From: Mustelus asterias
Taxonomy: Eukaryota
Assembly (NCBI RefSeq): GCF_964213995.1
Contig: NW_027590136.1
Span: 992,001 to 1,056,000 of the forward strand
Direction: 5' to 3'
DNA: 64,000 bases
Below are positions 24,505-37,576 of the stretch, in pieces (the stretch's first letter is position 1; each line of letters opens with the position of its first letter). The notes beneath the pieces are model-generated. The model was not told where the DNA came from. It worked only from the letters and a program-made list of their open reading frames with translations, and did no database searches. The position numbers were made by a program, and so were the translations under genes.

Positions 24505-25470
24505 TCAAGGTATGGTACCTTAACAAATGCCCTCTGAAAATATAGATATACCATATCTACAGGATCCCCAGTGTCCACTTTGCTTGTTACATCTTCGAAG
24601 AACTCTAGCAAATTAATCAAAACGATTTGCCCTTCGTAAAACCATGCTGACCCTAATGGATTGCATTTTGGCATTCTAATTGCCCCGTTACTACAATCTT
24701 AAAAATGGATTCTAATAACTTTAGAACGACAGGTGTCAAACTAGCTGGTGTCTGGTTTTATACCTTCTGTCTCCTTCCCGCTTTGAATATGGGCATTATA
24801 TTATCTTTTTTCCAACCCACTGGAACCGTTCCCACATCCAGGAAATTTTGGAAGATTATAACCAATGTGCTGACTATCACTTTCTTTAAGACCATAAGCT
24901 GGAGGCGATTCGGCCCTGGGGACTTGACTGTCTTCAATCCCAACTGTTTGCTTAACACTTTTTCACTATTGATCATGATTTTTCTCAGTTCCTTCCTTTC
25001 TATTACCTCTGCATTTCCTGTTGCTATTGTGATGGTGCTCGATTTGCCCAGCGTGATAACTGAGGCAAGCTAATGATTGAGAGTTTCCACCATTTCTATT
25101 TCCCCCACGATTAATTCCCTAGTCGAATCCTCCAAGGGTCCAATTATCACATTCACTCCACTCTTCACTTTTAGGTATTTAAGATGCTTTTGCAGTACTT
25201 CTTTAAATGTTGTGCGTGTTTTCTTTCATAATTTACCTTTGATGTTTTTGTTACTTTTCAGTAACCCATTGTTGATCATTACAAGTTTCCCAATCCTCCC
25301 GTCTGCCACAGGCCTTTGCAATATGATATGCATTAGCTTTTCTTTTCATGCTATCTTTAGCTTCCTTGCTTAGCCATGGATATTTCTCCCCCTCTTACAG
25401 TCTGTATTCCTCATGGGAATGTATTTTAGTTGGGAGGAATTAATTGTCCCCGTGAGCATTTGCCACTGAT
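24505..25470 (-). mobile_element. Old degenerate CR1 RT fragment
   Basis: KSPGPN, PIFK, NLLEFFEDVTSKVD, AFVKVP motifs with many stops. Confidence 0.75.
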
Positions 25471-26524
25471 CATCAGTATTGTTAATACTGTAACTAAATA
25501 GTTTATTTTCAGTAATCGGGTTATTATATCACACAAGGAGTCCATTCAGCAACTCAAGTCCATGCTAACTCTCTGTAGAGCAATCCAGTCAGTCCCATTC
25601 CCCCTTAAGTTCATAAGATATAGGAGCATAATTAGGCTATTTGGCCCATCGAGTCCACTCCGCCATTCAATCATGGCTGATATGTTCCTCATCCCGTCTG
25701 TATCCCTGTTCCCCTGCCAGTCTATTTTGACTGCCCATCTAATTTCATTTTGAAATATTGAATGTATCAAAATGCACCGCCCTCATAGCCAAAAAATTGA
25801 TATTCAAGAATGTTCACTGTCGAAATAATGTTCTATCTCATAGCCTTGCTGTACTTCTATTTATTAAACTGGTCCCCGATGTTACATACATTTTACTTCG
25901 CTAAGTATATTTAGGTATTTAGACTCGCAGCCTGCATGAAGATATCTCAGTGCTGGAGAAGAAGCAGTGAGCATGGATTTGTTGATCAGCATGAATCAAC
26001 ACCTTCAGGAGAATTGGAAGGGTGTATTATACATACAGCAGAGTGAGGATACAGGGATAGGGTGTGGGATGGAGATGTACAGATCGAGAGGAACGAGAAA
26101 GGAAGAAATGTTCCACAGAAACTAGAATTGTCTATTCTGAATTTCTGTTTGATACTGACAGTGATGACTTTTGTAAACTCATTTTACAGGAAGTTATAAG
26201 GGGAAGATTTGCTGCCAGCAATCTCAAAACATGTTAAGGCTTAATAGAGTCACTCAAATGATCAGAACCTGAATATCATCAGACTTTGAGTCGAGAAGAA
26301 GAAATATTTATCTGTTTTTTCTGTCACATCAGTGTGACTGGAAAGGCACCAAGGAACACAGAGCTGAGTGAGAGTGTCCAGTACACTGACTGTCAAAAGA
26401 CCAGTTACACAGACTGCAAAAATATCACATCATTTACAGCGGGGACAGACAGTGCACATGCTCTATGTGTGGATGAGGATTTAACTGATTGTTAAACCTG
26501 GAAAGACACAAGGACATCCACACC

Positions 26525-27739
26525 ATGGAGAAACCGGGGAAAGATGAGGATTGTGGTAAGGAATTCCATATCCCGTCTGCACTGCAAACTCATCAACATA
26601 TTCACACTGGGGACAGACTGTTCCCCTGCATCAAGCGTGGGGAAGGAGACTGCTCCCCATCTGCCCTGAAGATTCATCAATGCAGCCACACTGGGGAGAG
26701 GCCCTTCATCTGCTCCGAGTGTGGGAAGGGTTTTCTCCAGGCAGCCGACCTGTGGAATCACCAAGCAGTTCACAGTAGGGAGAGGCTGTACACCTGCTCT
26801 GATTGTGGGAAGGGATTCACTCAGTTATCCCACCTGCTGACACACCAGCAAGTTCACACTGGGGAAAAACCGTTCAACTGCTCTGAGTGTGGGAAGCAAT
26901 TCAATCATTCATCTGAACTTTTGAATCACCAACAAATCCACACCGGAGAGCGACCATTCACCTGCTCCGACTGTGGAAAGGGTTTCACTCAGTCATCTCA
27001 CCTGCAGATACACCAGCGAGCCCACACTAAGGAGATGCCTTTCAACTGCTCTGAGTGCAGGAAGTGTTTTATTCAGTTATCACACCTAGTGACTCACCAG
27101 GGAGTCCACAGGAGGGAGAGGCCGTTCCCCTGCTCCGAGTGTGGGAAGCGTTTTATTCAGTTATCACACCTAGTGACACACCAAGGAACCCACACAAGGG
27201 AGAGGCCATTCAGCTGCCCCGAATGTGGGAAACGTTTTATCCAATCGTCACACCTAATGTCACACCAGGGAGTTCACAGCAGGGAGAGGCCATTCGTCTG
27301 CTCCGAGTGTGGGAGGCGTTTTATTCAATCATCCCACCTAGTGTCACACCAGGAGGTTCACACCAGGGAGAGGCCATTCACCTGTTCCGAGTGTGGCAGG
27401 GGATTCATTCAGTTATCCGACCTGCAGAATCACCAGCAAGTTCACACCGGGGAGAGGCCGTTCACCTGCTCTGAGTGTGGGAAGGGATTCACTCGTTCAG
27501 CTAACCTGCAGGCACACCGACGTGTTCACACCAGGGAGAGACCATTCACCTGCTCTGAGTGTGGGAAAGGATTCGCTCTTTCATCTTATCTGCAGAGTCA
27601 CCAGCAAGTTCACACCGGAGAGAGGCCGTTTATCTGCTCTGAGTGTGGAAAGGGATTCATGCAGTCATCCCACCTGCTGACACACCAGCGAGTTCACAAG
27701 GATTCACAAAGGGATTCACTCAGTCATCCCACCTGCTGA
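26525..27739 (+). CDS. C2H2 zinc-finger protein (ZNF-A): 12 intact and 2 degenerate fingers, no KRAB/BTB/SCAN domain seen
   Basis: Tandem CxxC-x12-HxxxH with TGERP linkers; family start MEKP at 26525; upstream mini-exon 25973-26021 and acceptor at 26189. Confidence 0.88.
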   Translation: MEKPGKDEDCGKEFHIPSALQTHQHIHTGDRLFPCIKRGEGDCSPSALKIHQCSHTGERPFICSECGKGFLQAADLWNHQAVHSRERLYTCSDCGKGFTQLSHLLTHQQVHTGEKPFNCSECGKQFNHSSELLNHQQIHTGERPFTCSDCGKGFTQSSHLQIHQRAHTKEMPFNCSECRKCFIQLSHLVTHQGVHRRERPFPCSECGKRFIQLSHLVTHQGTHTRERPFSCPECGKRFIQSSHLMSHQGVHSRERPFVCSECGRRFIQSSHLVSHQEVHTRERPFTCSECGRGFIQLSDLQNHQQVHTGERPFTCSECGKGFTRSANLQAHRRVHTRERPFTCSECGKGFALSSYLQSHQQVHTGERPFICSECGKGFMQSSHLLTHQRVHKDSQRDSLSHPTC

Positions 27740-28074
27740 GACACCAGTAAGTTCACAAGTGATGACAGGGGTTGGATTCTGCTGTTATTGCTGCTGTTAA
27801 TCACATCCAGGACTGAACTATGTTCATTCTGACAATTGGTGAAGTGGGAGTGTTGGAGGGTTTCTTTCTGCTGGACTGGCCGGTCTCACAACTTTGTTTT
27901 CAGTGGACTGATGCTCTTTGAGTTTGGGAGAGCACATTTCCACTGAAATGATCCACAAAAAAAAAGCTGATGAATGTGCCAACTCGACACAGCCACCCAA
28001 GGCCGGAATCAAACCTGGGTCCCTGGGGCTGTGAGCCAACTGGTCTAACCACTGTGCCACCATATCATGGACCC

Positions 28075-30615
28075 CGAGCAAAACTGGAATCAATGGATAT
28101 CAAGGGGCAAACTCTCTGCTGGTTGGACTTATACCTGGCAATTAGGAAGATGGTTGTGGTTGTGGAGGGTCAGTCATCTCAGCTCCAGGACATCAATGCA
28201 GGGATCTCTCAGGGTAGTGTCCGAGGCCCAACCATCTTCAGCTGCTTCATCAATAACCTTCCCTCCGTCATAAGGTCAGAAGTGGGGATGTCCGCCAATG
28301 AATACACAATGTTCAGCACCATTTGTGATTCCTCAGATACTGAAGCAGTCCATGTCCAAATACAACAATATCCAGGCTTGGGCTGACAAGTGGCAAGTAA
28401 CATTCATGCCACATAAGTCCGAGGCAATGACCATCTCTAACAGGAGAAGATCTAACCATCACCCCTTGAGATTCAAGGGCATTACCATCACTGAATCCCC
28501 CTTCCACTATCAACATCCTGGGGGGTTACATTGACCAGAAACCCATAGATACTGTGGCTACCAGAGCAGGTCAGAGACTGGCAGCCCTGAGGAGAGTAAC
28601 TCACCTTCTGACTCCCCCACCCAAAGCCCGTCCACCATCTACATGACACAAGTCAGGAATGTGATGGAATACTCTCCACTTGCCTGAATGAGTGCAGCTC
28701 CCAACAACACTCAAGAAGCTCAAAACCATCCAGGACAAAGCAGCCCCACTTGATCAACACACTAACCACAAACATTCACTCCCTCTACCACCGACGGACA
28801 GTAGCAACAGTGTGTACCATCTACAAAATGCACTGCAGGAACTCACCAAGACTCCTTAGGCAGCATCTTACAGACCCAGAAACATTACCATCTAGAAGGA
28901 CAAGAGCAGCAGATACATGAGAATATCACCACCTGGAAGTTCCTCTCTAAGTCACTCATGTCAGGAAAACAGAGATAGTTTTAAGTGATCTATGTTTCTA
29001 TTGTTAAATATTAGAAATAAAGTATAGATTTAAGTAAGTTTGATTTAGTGTTTCTGTGTAGGAAGAGGAGAACTTTGGTTGGATTAATGTTGAACAAAGG
29101 TGTTTGCATGTGTGGGGGATAGGTTTCAATTGAAATTGTATTCCTGTTGTGCTGAGAGAGTTTATGGCGTGAAAAATAAACGTGAAGTTGGAGAAGTAAT
29201 GCATTGTTGCATAGCAACCAGGGGCACCTTTAGGGTGAGAAGGTTTTTGAGTGTAGTATTAGTTGAATTTATAGTCTTTGGTCGTGACTTTTAAGGGGCG
29301 TCTTGACAAATACATGAATAGGATGGGAATAGAGGGATATGGTCCCTGGAAGGGTAGGGGGTTTTAGTTCAGTCGGGCAGCATGGCCGGTGCAGGCTTGG
29401 AGGGCTGAAGGGCCTGTTCCTGTGCTGTAATTTTCTTTGTTCTTTGTTCTATAGCAGTTGGGGTGAGGAAACGAGAGAGTGAGCAGCTCTCAGCTCTACT
29501 AGAAGCAGGAAAGCCATACAATGGAGTAGTGTGCGAAAGCAAGCTCCAGAGGAACTAAAGGACAGTTAGTTTGAGAAACCCGGGAATGGAAAAGAAGCTC
29601 CAGGAATATTGAAGAAAAAAAGGAACAGCATTGTCTTTTGAACAGGATACTATTCATGGAAGTTAAACTCAGACCTGGGAAGAAAAGAACTGATGAGGTT
29701 GGTGACAGACAAGCCGCATATCTGAATAGTGGGAAGGTTTGATGTCCTTAAATCCAGATTTTGAAGCAATTGTATTCTGTTACGGACTGATGATCTGAGT
29801 TTATGCAGAATTTTGGAAGCATGTTGCAATTCAAGGCAAAGGAATTCTGAGAGTTAAAAACCTAGAGGCAGCTTCTTGCTAAAAGAGTGGAGAGAAAGGC
29901 TTGTTTGAAAGGATAATTGGAAGACCTGGAAGTGGATCTTTGTTGAAAGCAATGGAGAGAAACTTGGTTTGGAAGGAGATATTAACACGTGTCTTTCTGA
30001 GAGCGGAGTTTGAAAACACTCGAGACAATCATCTGGGGGGGAAATTTGAGGAGAAATCCACAGAGGATCGATTGAGTTGCATCTGCCACTTGGTTTCAGA
30101 GTGGGGGTTGTCTGATCACAGCTAACCTGTGGGTTTAAAGGAACCATGTGTTTACTGAGAACATTATAGCATAAGGAATTTTAAATCTATGTTATCCTTG
30201 AAATCTGGATACATTTGTGAAGGTAAGTGTGAGTCAAGGAGTATTTTGTTATCGTCAAACTCTTCGTGTTTAATAAATATTTTATTAAAAGCTAATTGGC
30301 AGTCCTGAGATTCTGTTCCTTTATGTTTTCTACAAAAAGTAAAAGTTGCAGTCTTTTGAGCCAGTGTTCCATCCTGGAATCGTCCTGTCCAATTATAACA
30401 TCAACTGGGATCGTAACACTCACATCTTGACTTCAAAATATATCGCTGTTCCTTCGCTGTCACTGGACCAGAATCCTGGAGCTTCCTCCCAAACAAGTGT
30501 GGGTGTCCCTACACCACAGGGATTGCTGTGGTTCTAGAAGGCAGCTCAACACCACCTTCTCAAGGCCATTTAGAAATGGGCAATAAATGCTGACCTAGCC
30601 AGTGAGGTCCACCTT
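28075..30615 (+). mobile_element. Degenerate CR1/L2-group LINE 3' portion split by a solo LTR
   Basis: GISQGSVRGPTIFSCFINNLP RT motif; LINE sequence resumes after 30418. Confidence 0.75.
28959..30418 (+). mobile_element. Solo LTR (TG...CA) with 4-bp TSD; contains a CR1 tail insertion at ~29283-29450
   Basis: Starts TGTCAGG, ends CGTAACA; CTCA at 28955-28958 and 30419-30422; AATAAA at ~30272. Confidence 0.75.
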
Positions 30616-32209
30616 TTATTATTCAGGGCAGACTGTGGGCTTTGACCTCTGTAAACGAATAAAAAATAAGGTAATACCTGTTTTTAGCCCATTGAATTGG
30701 ATTTCAATGACAGCATTGTCTTCTCCCTTGTTCTTATGTCCTGGGCCTATTACACGGTTATACTTGAAGGAATAGAGCCAGCCTGACTCCACTGTGTTAT
30801 CTCTGACACTGTTATCATTCCCCAAGCTGCTACAGACAAGTTCATTAGCTCAAACAAACGCATCTTTCTCACAGTGTGAGGCCAGTTCCCTGCACAATTT
30901 AATTCATTTTGCAGACATTGCTAATTCCAGCAAGGCTGCAACTTGACTACATTGACCAGTATGCTTTGCACATTGAACCCACAATGCAGTTCTTCAGATA
31001 TGCTCAGTCTGGGTTCTTCTATCACCCTCGATATTCCCTGTTACCACCATGAGAGACTTGACACAGAGCATTACACCACAACCCGTCTACACTGATTAAT
31101 ATAAAATAAATAAAGTTACAAACTGACTGTACATTAAAAAGGTCCATAATACATTGGTTTCCAATAGAGCCATTGTAATAAAAGCCAGTTCAGTTATGCT
31201 GAAGCTTTATGAAGCACTGTTTAAACCACAATGGGAATATTGTGTTCATATCCAGACAGCACGCTTTAGGAATGATGGGATGGTCCTTGAGAAGGTGCGG
31301 AGGTTCACCAGAATGGTTCCAGCAATGAAGGATTTTAACTCCAAGGTCAGGTTCGAGAAGTTGGAGTTATTCTCCCTGGAATGAAGGAGGCTAAGGGAAG
31401 ATCTGATAGAGGTGAGCACTATTATGACAGGTTTAGATCAAGTGGATACAGAAATTGGCCACGATTGACAGAGACTGCTGGAGGCAAGGCTATTGGTTAA
31501 TATAACTTTTTATTGCACCTTCTTCTAAATATGTACAGCACAAGGCTCAGCAGACAACCATCTCTCAGCAAACTCTTATCATCTGATCTTACATCACTGG
31601 GTAGAATATTTACAAATTTAACATTAACCCTTTACACTGCACCAAGTCTTCAGTCAGCCTCCTAACATCCCCTCAGTGCCAGTTGTCTGATTTATCAATT
31701 GATGTTTCTGAGATTCACCTTGGGACACTCTCCTACATTGAAGGTCTGATGTAAACAAAAGTTATTTTAAAAATTTCATTGTAACAAACTGAGGAAGTCA
31801 GGATTAAAACAATATCTGGGTAAATGGAGTTAGGTTACAGATCAGCCATGACCTCAGTGAATGAGAGAACAGGCTTGAGGGATAAATGACCTCCTCCTGT
31901 TCCTGGTAAACTTGGACTCAGACACCAGCTGATGAATGGAAAGTGATGGGAGACCTGGGGAGAAGAGACTTCATCAGAAACCAGCACTGGAGCAGAGTTA
32001 GAGAGTGGGAGAATCCTGGGGAGAAACTACACAGGAACTGGAGCAGGTTGTTCAGCCCTTCCAGTCTGCTCTGTCATTCAGTTAGACCCTGGCTGGTCAA
32101 TTAGTTTATCATCAAGATTTATTTGATTCTATTCTGTAGATTAAGCTGCAGCTCAGTTTTTTGGGAAATTAACATCAGCAGAAACAAACTCCAACTATCA
32201 CAATGGGAA

Positions 32210-33500
32210 CATGTGAATTAGGAGCAGGAGAAGGCCACTCGGCCCCTCGAGCCTGCTCCACCATTCAATAGGATCCCGGCTGATGTGATTGTAGCTTCAA
32301 CTCCACTTTCCTTCTTACCCCTCACACCCTTTGACTCTCTTGTCAATCAAGAATCTATTAAATTCAGACTTCAGAATATTCAGTGAGCCAGCCTCCACCA
32401 CTCTCTGTGGAAGAGAATTCCACACTGTAACAACCCTCTGAGAGAAAAGGTTTCTCCTCATCCCAGTCTTAAATGGGAGACCCCTTATTTTTAAACTGTG
32501 CCTCTAGTTCTCCTCTCTCGACAATCAACATCCACTCTGTCAAGTCCCCTCTGAATTTTATGTTTCAATCAGATCCTCTCTCATTCTTCTAAACCCCAAT
32601 AGATACAGGCCGAACATGTCCAACTTTTCCTCGTATGATAACTCCCTCATCCCAGGAATCAGTCAAGTAAACCTTCTCTGAACTACTTCTCACACAAGTC
32701 CTTTCTTAAGTAAGGAGACCAAAACTGTACACCATGCTCTAGATGTGGTCTCACCAATACCCTGAACAAATATAGCAAAACATCCCTGCAATAAACAACA
32801 ATTCATTTACCTTTCTAATCATTTGCTGTGTCCACACACTAACGTTTCCTGATTACAGTACCAGGACACCCAGATCCCTCTGTACCTCAAAGTTCTGCAA
32901 TCGCTCGCTTTAAATAATCAACTGCTTTTCCATCCTTCCTGTCCAAATGGACAAGTTCACATTATCCAAAAATCTTGTTCCAGCTGCCAACCTTTTACCC
33001 ACTCACTGACCCTATCTATATTACTTTACAGGCTTGTTATGGTCATTCACATCTCACTTTCCTACCTACCTTTGTGTTATCAACAAATTTTGATCCTGTC
33101 ATCCACATCATGAAAATAGTTTGTCAATAGTTGAGGGCCCAGCACTGGTCCCTGTGGCACTCCACAGGCTACATTTTGCCATCCCAAAAATGACTCATTT
33201 CTCCCTCCTGTTTCCTATTAGCTCATCAATCCTCTATCCATGCTAATATAAAGAATCAAAGTGGATGGGATGCTAATATGTTATGCCTTATGCTACAAAT
33301 TCTTATTTAGTGTGGTGAACTTTGATGTGGCACCTTGTCAAATGCCTTCTGGAAATCTAAATACACCACATCCACAGGTTCCACTTTATCCACATTGCTT
33401 GTTACTTCCTCAAAGAAATCCAATAAATCAATTAACATGATTTCCCTTGCACAAAACCATGTTGACTCTGCCTGATTGCACAGAGATTATCTGTGTCCCA
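32210..33500 (-). mobile_element. Old CR1 RT/tail fragment
   Basis: Reverse-strand QHGF, DFQKAFDKVP, SGVPQG-like and RPHLE remnants. Confidence 0.75.
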
Positions 33501-33671
33501 CCCCAGTCTCCTTAATAACAGAATGAACATGATTCAGTCCTGCATGGGATTACTTATTTACTAATTACTTAAATAATAGATAGATAAATAAATGAACATG
33601 ATTCAGTCCTGCATGGGATTACTTATTAATTACTTCAATAACAGATAGATAAATAAATAAATGAACATGAT

Positions 33672-35066
33672 TCAGTCCTGCATGGGGTGAGCAGCAACAG
33701 CAGAATCCAACCCCTGCAGTGACTTGTGAACTTGCTGGTGTCTCAGTAGATTGGCTGACCAAGCAAATCTCTTCCCACATACGGAGCAGGTGAACGATCT
33801 CTCTCCTGTGTGAACCTGCTGGTGTCTCAGCAGGTGGGATGACTGAGTGAACCTTTTCCCACACATGGAGCAGGTGAATGATCTCTCTCCAGTGTGAATT
33901 TGCTGGTGTCTCAGCAGGTCCTTAGAGCTTTTAAAGCTTTTCTCACAGTCAGAACACTTAAAAGGTCTCTGATCAGTGTGGACTAGTTGATGTGCAATGA
34001 GCTGGGGTGGCTGAGTGAATCGTTTCCCACATGTGGAGCAAGTGAAGGGTTTCTCCCCAGTGTGAATCCGCTCGTGTATCAGGAGGTGAGGTGAATCAGT
34101 GAATCCCTTCCCACACACACAGCAAATGAATGGTTTCTCCCCGGTGTGAACTCGCTGGTGTCTCAGACGGCGGGATGAATGGGTGAATCCCATCCCACAC
34201 ACCGAGCAGGTGAACGGTTTCTCCCCAGTGTGAACTCGCTGGTGTGTCACCAAATCCTGTTTACTTTTAAAGCTCTTCTCACAGTCAGAACACTGAAATG
34301 GTCTCTTATCAGAGTGAACTCGCTGGTGTGTTTGCAGCTGGGATAAACGTCCGAATCTCCTCTCACACACGGAGCAGGTGAATGGCTTCTCCCCAGTGTG
34401 AGTGCGCTGATGGACTTGTAAATCATATTTACTTTTAAATCTCTTCTCACAGTCAGAACATTGAAATGGTCTCTGATCAGTGTGAACAAGTTGGTGTGTC
34501 AGAAGGTGGGATGACTGAGTGAATCCCTTCCCACACACTGAGCAGGTGAACGGTCTCACCGCCATGTGAGTGCGCTGGTGTCTCAGGAGGTCCTTTGTGC
34601 TTTTAAAGCTTTTCTCACAATCAGAACACTGAAACAGTCTCTGATCGGAGTGAACCTGCCGGTGAATCAGGAGGCTTGATAAAGCATGACATCCCCTCCC
34701 ACATTCGAGGCAGGTGAATGGCCTCTCTCCAGTGTGAACACGCCGGTGTGTATAGAGGCTGGATGAGTAAGCAAATCCTTTCCCACACTCAGAGCAGGTG
34801 AACGGCCTCTCTCCAGTGTGAACACGCCGGTGTGTATAGAGGCTGGATGAGTAAGCAAATCCTTTCCCACACTCAGAGCAGGTGAACGGCCTCTCTCCAG
34901 TGTGAATGCGACGATGAATATCCAATTCGGACGGGTAATTGAATCCCCTCCCACAGTCCCCACATTTCAATGGTTTCTCTGTGGAGCGGGTGTCCTCGTG
35001 TGACTCCAGGTTGGATGATGAGTTGATGCCTTGTTTACACAGAATGTGTGTTGGGTCACAAATCAC
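33672..35066 (-). CDS. C2H2 zinc-finger protein (ZNF-B), 15 fingers; start uncertain because the family ATG is replaced by ACA (TEKP)
   Basis: Uninterrupted 464-codon frame of C2H2 repeats; fingers 2 and 3 are identical. Confidence 0.82.
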   Translation of the reverse strand: MICDPTHILCKQGINSSSNLESHEDTRSTEKPLKCGDCGRGFNYPSELDIHRRIHTGERPFTCSECGKGFAYSSSLYTHRRVHTGERPFTCSECGKGFAYSSSLYTHRRVHTGERPFTCLECGRGCHALSSLLIHRQVHSDQRLFQCSDCEKSFKSTKDLLRHQRTHMAVRPFTCSVCGKGFTQSSHLLTHQLVHTDQRPFQCSDCEKRFKSKYDLQVHQRTHTGEKPFTCSVCERRFGRLSQLQTHQRVHSDKRPFQCSDCEKSFKSKQDLVTHQRVHTGEKPFTCSVCGMGFTHSSRRLRHQRVHTGEKPFICCVCGKGFTDSPHLLIHERIHTGEKPFTCSTCGKRFTQPPQLIAHQLVHTDQRPFKCSDCEKSFKSSKDLLRHQQIHTGERSFTCSMCGKRFTQSSHLLRHQQVHTGERSFTCSVCGKRFAWSANLLRHQQVHKSLQGLDSAVAAHPMQD

Positions 35067-35574
35067 TGAGAATTATGTGGGTTTTTTCCAGCCTGTTTAA
35101 CGCTCTTTCCACATTCATCACAATGGAAACTCTCAGGTGTGTGTCTTGGCACTTTTTCAGTCACACTGATGTTTGAAATCTTCACCCACAAACAGAACAA
35201 ACTTTTCTTCTTCTGAAGACAAAGTCTGATGATATTCAGTTTCCGATGAATTAAATCACTGAAACAGAGCTTGATTTGAAGTTTGTTTTGAGTTTCACAT
35301 CTGTAAATCCTGCTTCATAATACCCTGCAAAAACAGTTTACAAATACCATCACTGTCAGTGCAGGATAGAAATTCTGAACAGACAATTCATGGTTTCTCT
35401 GGAACATATTTTCCTCTCTTGTTCCCCCAAATCTGTAAATCCCCGTCCCACACACTCTCCCTCCTCCCCTGGGCTGAAATCCAAACCCATCTCACCATCT
35501 CCACCATTTCTTCCCTCCACTCCCAGTTTTCTCCCTCCCTCTCCTCTGTCTGGGTTCAGTTCTTGATGTGGAAA

Positions 35575-35850
35575 TCTCACCAACTGTCCTGGCTGGAGAC
35601 AATACACACCTCTTTAACCTGTGCTTAACCCTCTCTCCACTCACATTGTCTGTACCTTTAAGACTTGATTACCTGTAAAGACTCGCATTCCAACCATTAT
35701 CTTGTAAATTGAGTTTGTGTCAATATATATGCCCCGTTTATGAACACAAGTCCTACTCACCTGATGAAGGAGCAGTGATCCGAAAGCAAGTGGCTTTTGC
35801 TACCAAATAAACCTGTTGGTCTTTAACCTGGTGTTGTGAGACTTCTTATT
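35575..35850 (+). mobile_element. Penelope-like terminal repeat in the ZNF-B 5' region
   Basis: CTGTCCTGGCTGGAGACAATACAC..CTGATGAAGGAGC..CCGAAAGC..CCAAATAAACC. Confidence 0.75.
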
Positions 35851-35899
35851 GGGTTCAGTTCTCCAGCTCCTGTCTGCAGACTGACAATAAAACCAATGG

Positions 35900-37135
35900 G
35901 TCTTACTGGGGGTGTTGGGGCCTCCAGCGGGTGTTTGTGAATCCTCCCCGCCCACCTCCCAGGGTTTCCTTCCTTCCCAGAGATCAGAGTCCTCATTGAT
36001 TTGAGGCCAAAGTGAAACCTCTTATTTATTGTCCCCCTCCCCCATCCTCTGATGTGAACCATCCTCCAGTGGCTGAGCCAGGATGGGGCCGTTAACCTGG
36101 GCCTGTTCCCGGGAGGGAGGGAGGGAGAAGCCCCGCAGCTGCAAACCAGGGAGCTGACAATGATTCTGAAGGGTTTGCGGATCCACAAAGTGTTTCCAAA
36201 TCCTCCCAGCCACCGCCTAACGCTGACTCCGCTTCTCCGGGACAAACAAGCGCCAAGGACAGCAATGACACTGCGCATGCTCCACATCACAATGCCCGGG
36301 GGCTGATTGACGCCAGCTCCGGACCAATAGGAAGAGGGGGCGGGGCTGGAGGACCGAGCGGGAGCGGCTGGTCCTCCAACCAATCGGAGTGAATGAGGGG
36401 CGGGACCTGAAGCATGCGCAGTGCGGGTAATGGCGTCGGAAGGACGGTTTTGACTCGGAAGCGAGATCAATACGAGGTAGAGGGCGGCGTGCGGGGAATG
36501 ATAAATGTGGCGGGTGGGTGGAGAGGCTTCGTAAACATGTTGTTCAAACCCAGACCCCGGAAATGAACTTCCCGGTCCCCCCCTTTGTACCAAATGGAGC
36601 GGCAGCTTGTAGTGTTAGACCCGGGCTGACTGCCGCCATTGAGGCTGCATGTGGGAGGCCGGCAGGGATTGTGATTGGAGAGGGAAGCCCTGACGTCACA
36701 ATGGAGGGTGAGGGTGTGACGTCACAATGGAATGGGTGAGGATGTGACGTCACAATGGAATGGGTGAGGGTGTGACGTCACAATGGAATGTGATCGGAGA
36801 GCGAAGTTTCACTCTGAAGCCCATTGGACAACTTGCGCATTGTGACGCTACGATAGAACCCTGCCTGAATCAGCCAATAGGAATCACTGTGCTCCGCGGT
36901 GATGTCTCCGGGTTCCAGTGAGCAGGCCCGGGCGCGCGGACCCGGGAGCCCCGCCCCCACCCATTGTTCCCCTCCCCCTGCACCACATCGAGCCAAGGTT
37001 TCCAGGCAACCGGCTGACGGCTCCGGCCAGAGCGAGAAGCCGCTCGGTGATCTCCCCCTCCCCCCGGCAGGGGACTGCAAAATGTGCGAGGGAGAGGGAA
37101 GCTGTGCATATGCGGGGGAGAACCCACCCTCTGAA
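35900..37135. promoter_or_regulatory. CpG-rich putative bidirectional promoter between ZNF-B (-) and ZNF-C (+)
   Basis: High CpG; CCAAT boxes, GC boxes, GCATGCGCA (NRF1-like), GCCAT (YY1-like), CCGGAA (ETS-like); four TGACGTCA at 36691, 36717, 36745 and 36773. Confidence 0.75.
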
Positions 37136-37576
37136 TGAGAGAGGAAAGAATGTTCCATAGAAATTGTCTGTTCTGAATTTCTATCCTGTACTGACACTGA
37201 TGACTTTTGTAAACTCATTTTACAGGATATTGAAAGAGGAATCACAGGCTGAAATCTCAAACATCACGTCTCGATCTGACAGAGTCATATTCCTTGGGAG
37301 CTGAATATCATCGGACTTTGAATCCAGAAGGAGAAATGATTGTCCAGTCTGTCGATTTGAAAAGATTTGGAATGTCAGTGTGAGTGAAAAAGCATCAACA
37401 CACTGCTACACTTGAGTGAGAGTGTTCCAATGCACTGACTAAAGAGCTTTAACCAGTTACACAGCCTGAATAAATATCGCAACGTTCACAGCGGGTCGAG
37501 ACTGTAATCTTGTTCTGTGTGTGGACGAAGTTTCAACTAATTGTCCACCCAAGAGAGAGGTAAGGACACCTGCACC

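Noticed and set aside
30619-31050. Tigger/pogo transposase relic (SGWLYSFK)
   Set aside because: Single short motif with no terminal repeats recognised; insufficient support.
35823-36593. 256-aa ORF and similar ORFs at 54098-54891 and 56669-57013
   Set aside because: GC-rich promoter sequence with no recognisable domain; similarity between copies reflects the recent duplication.
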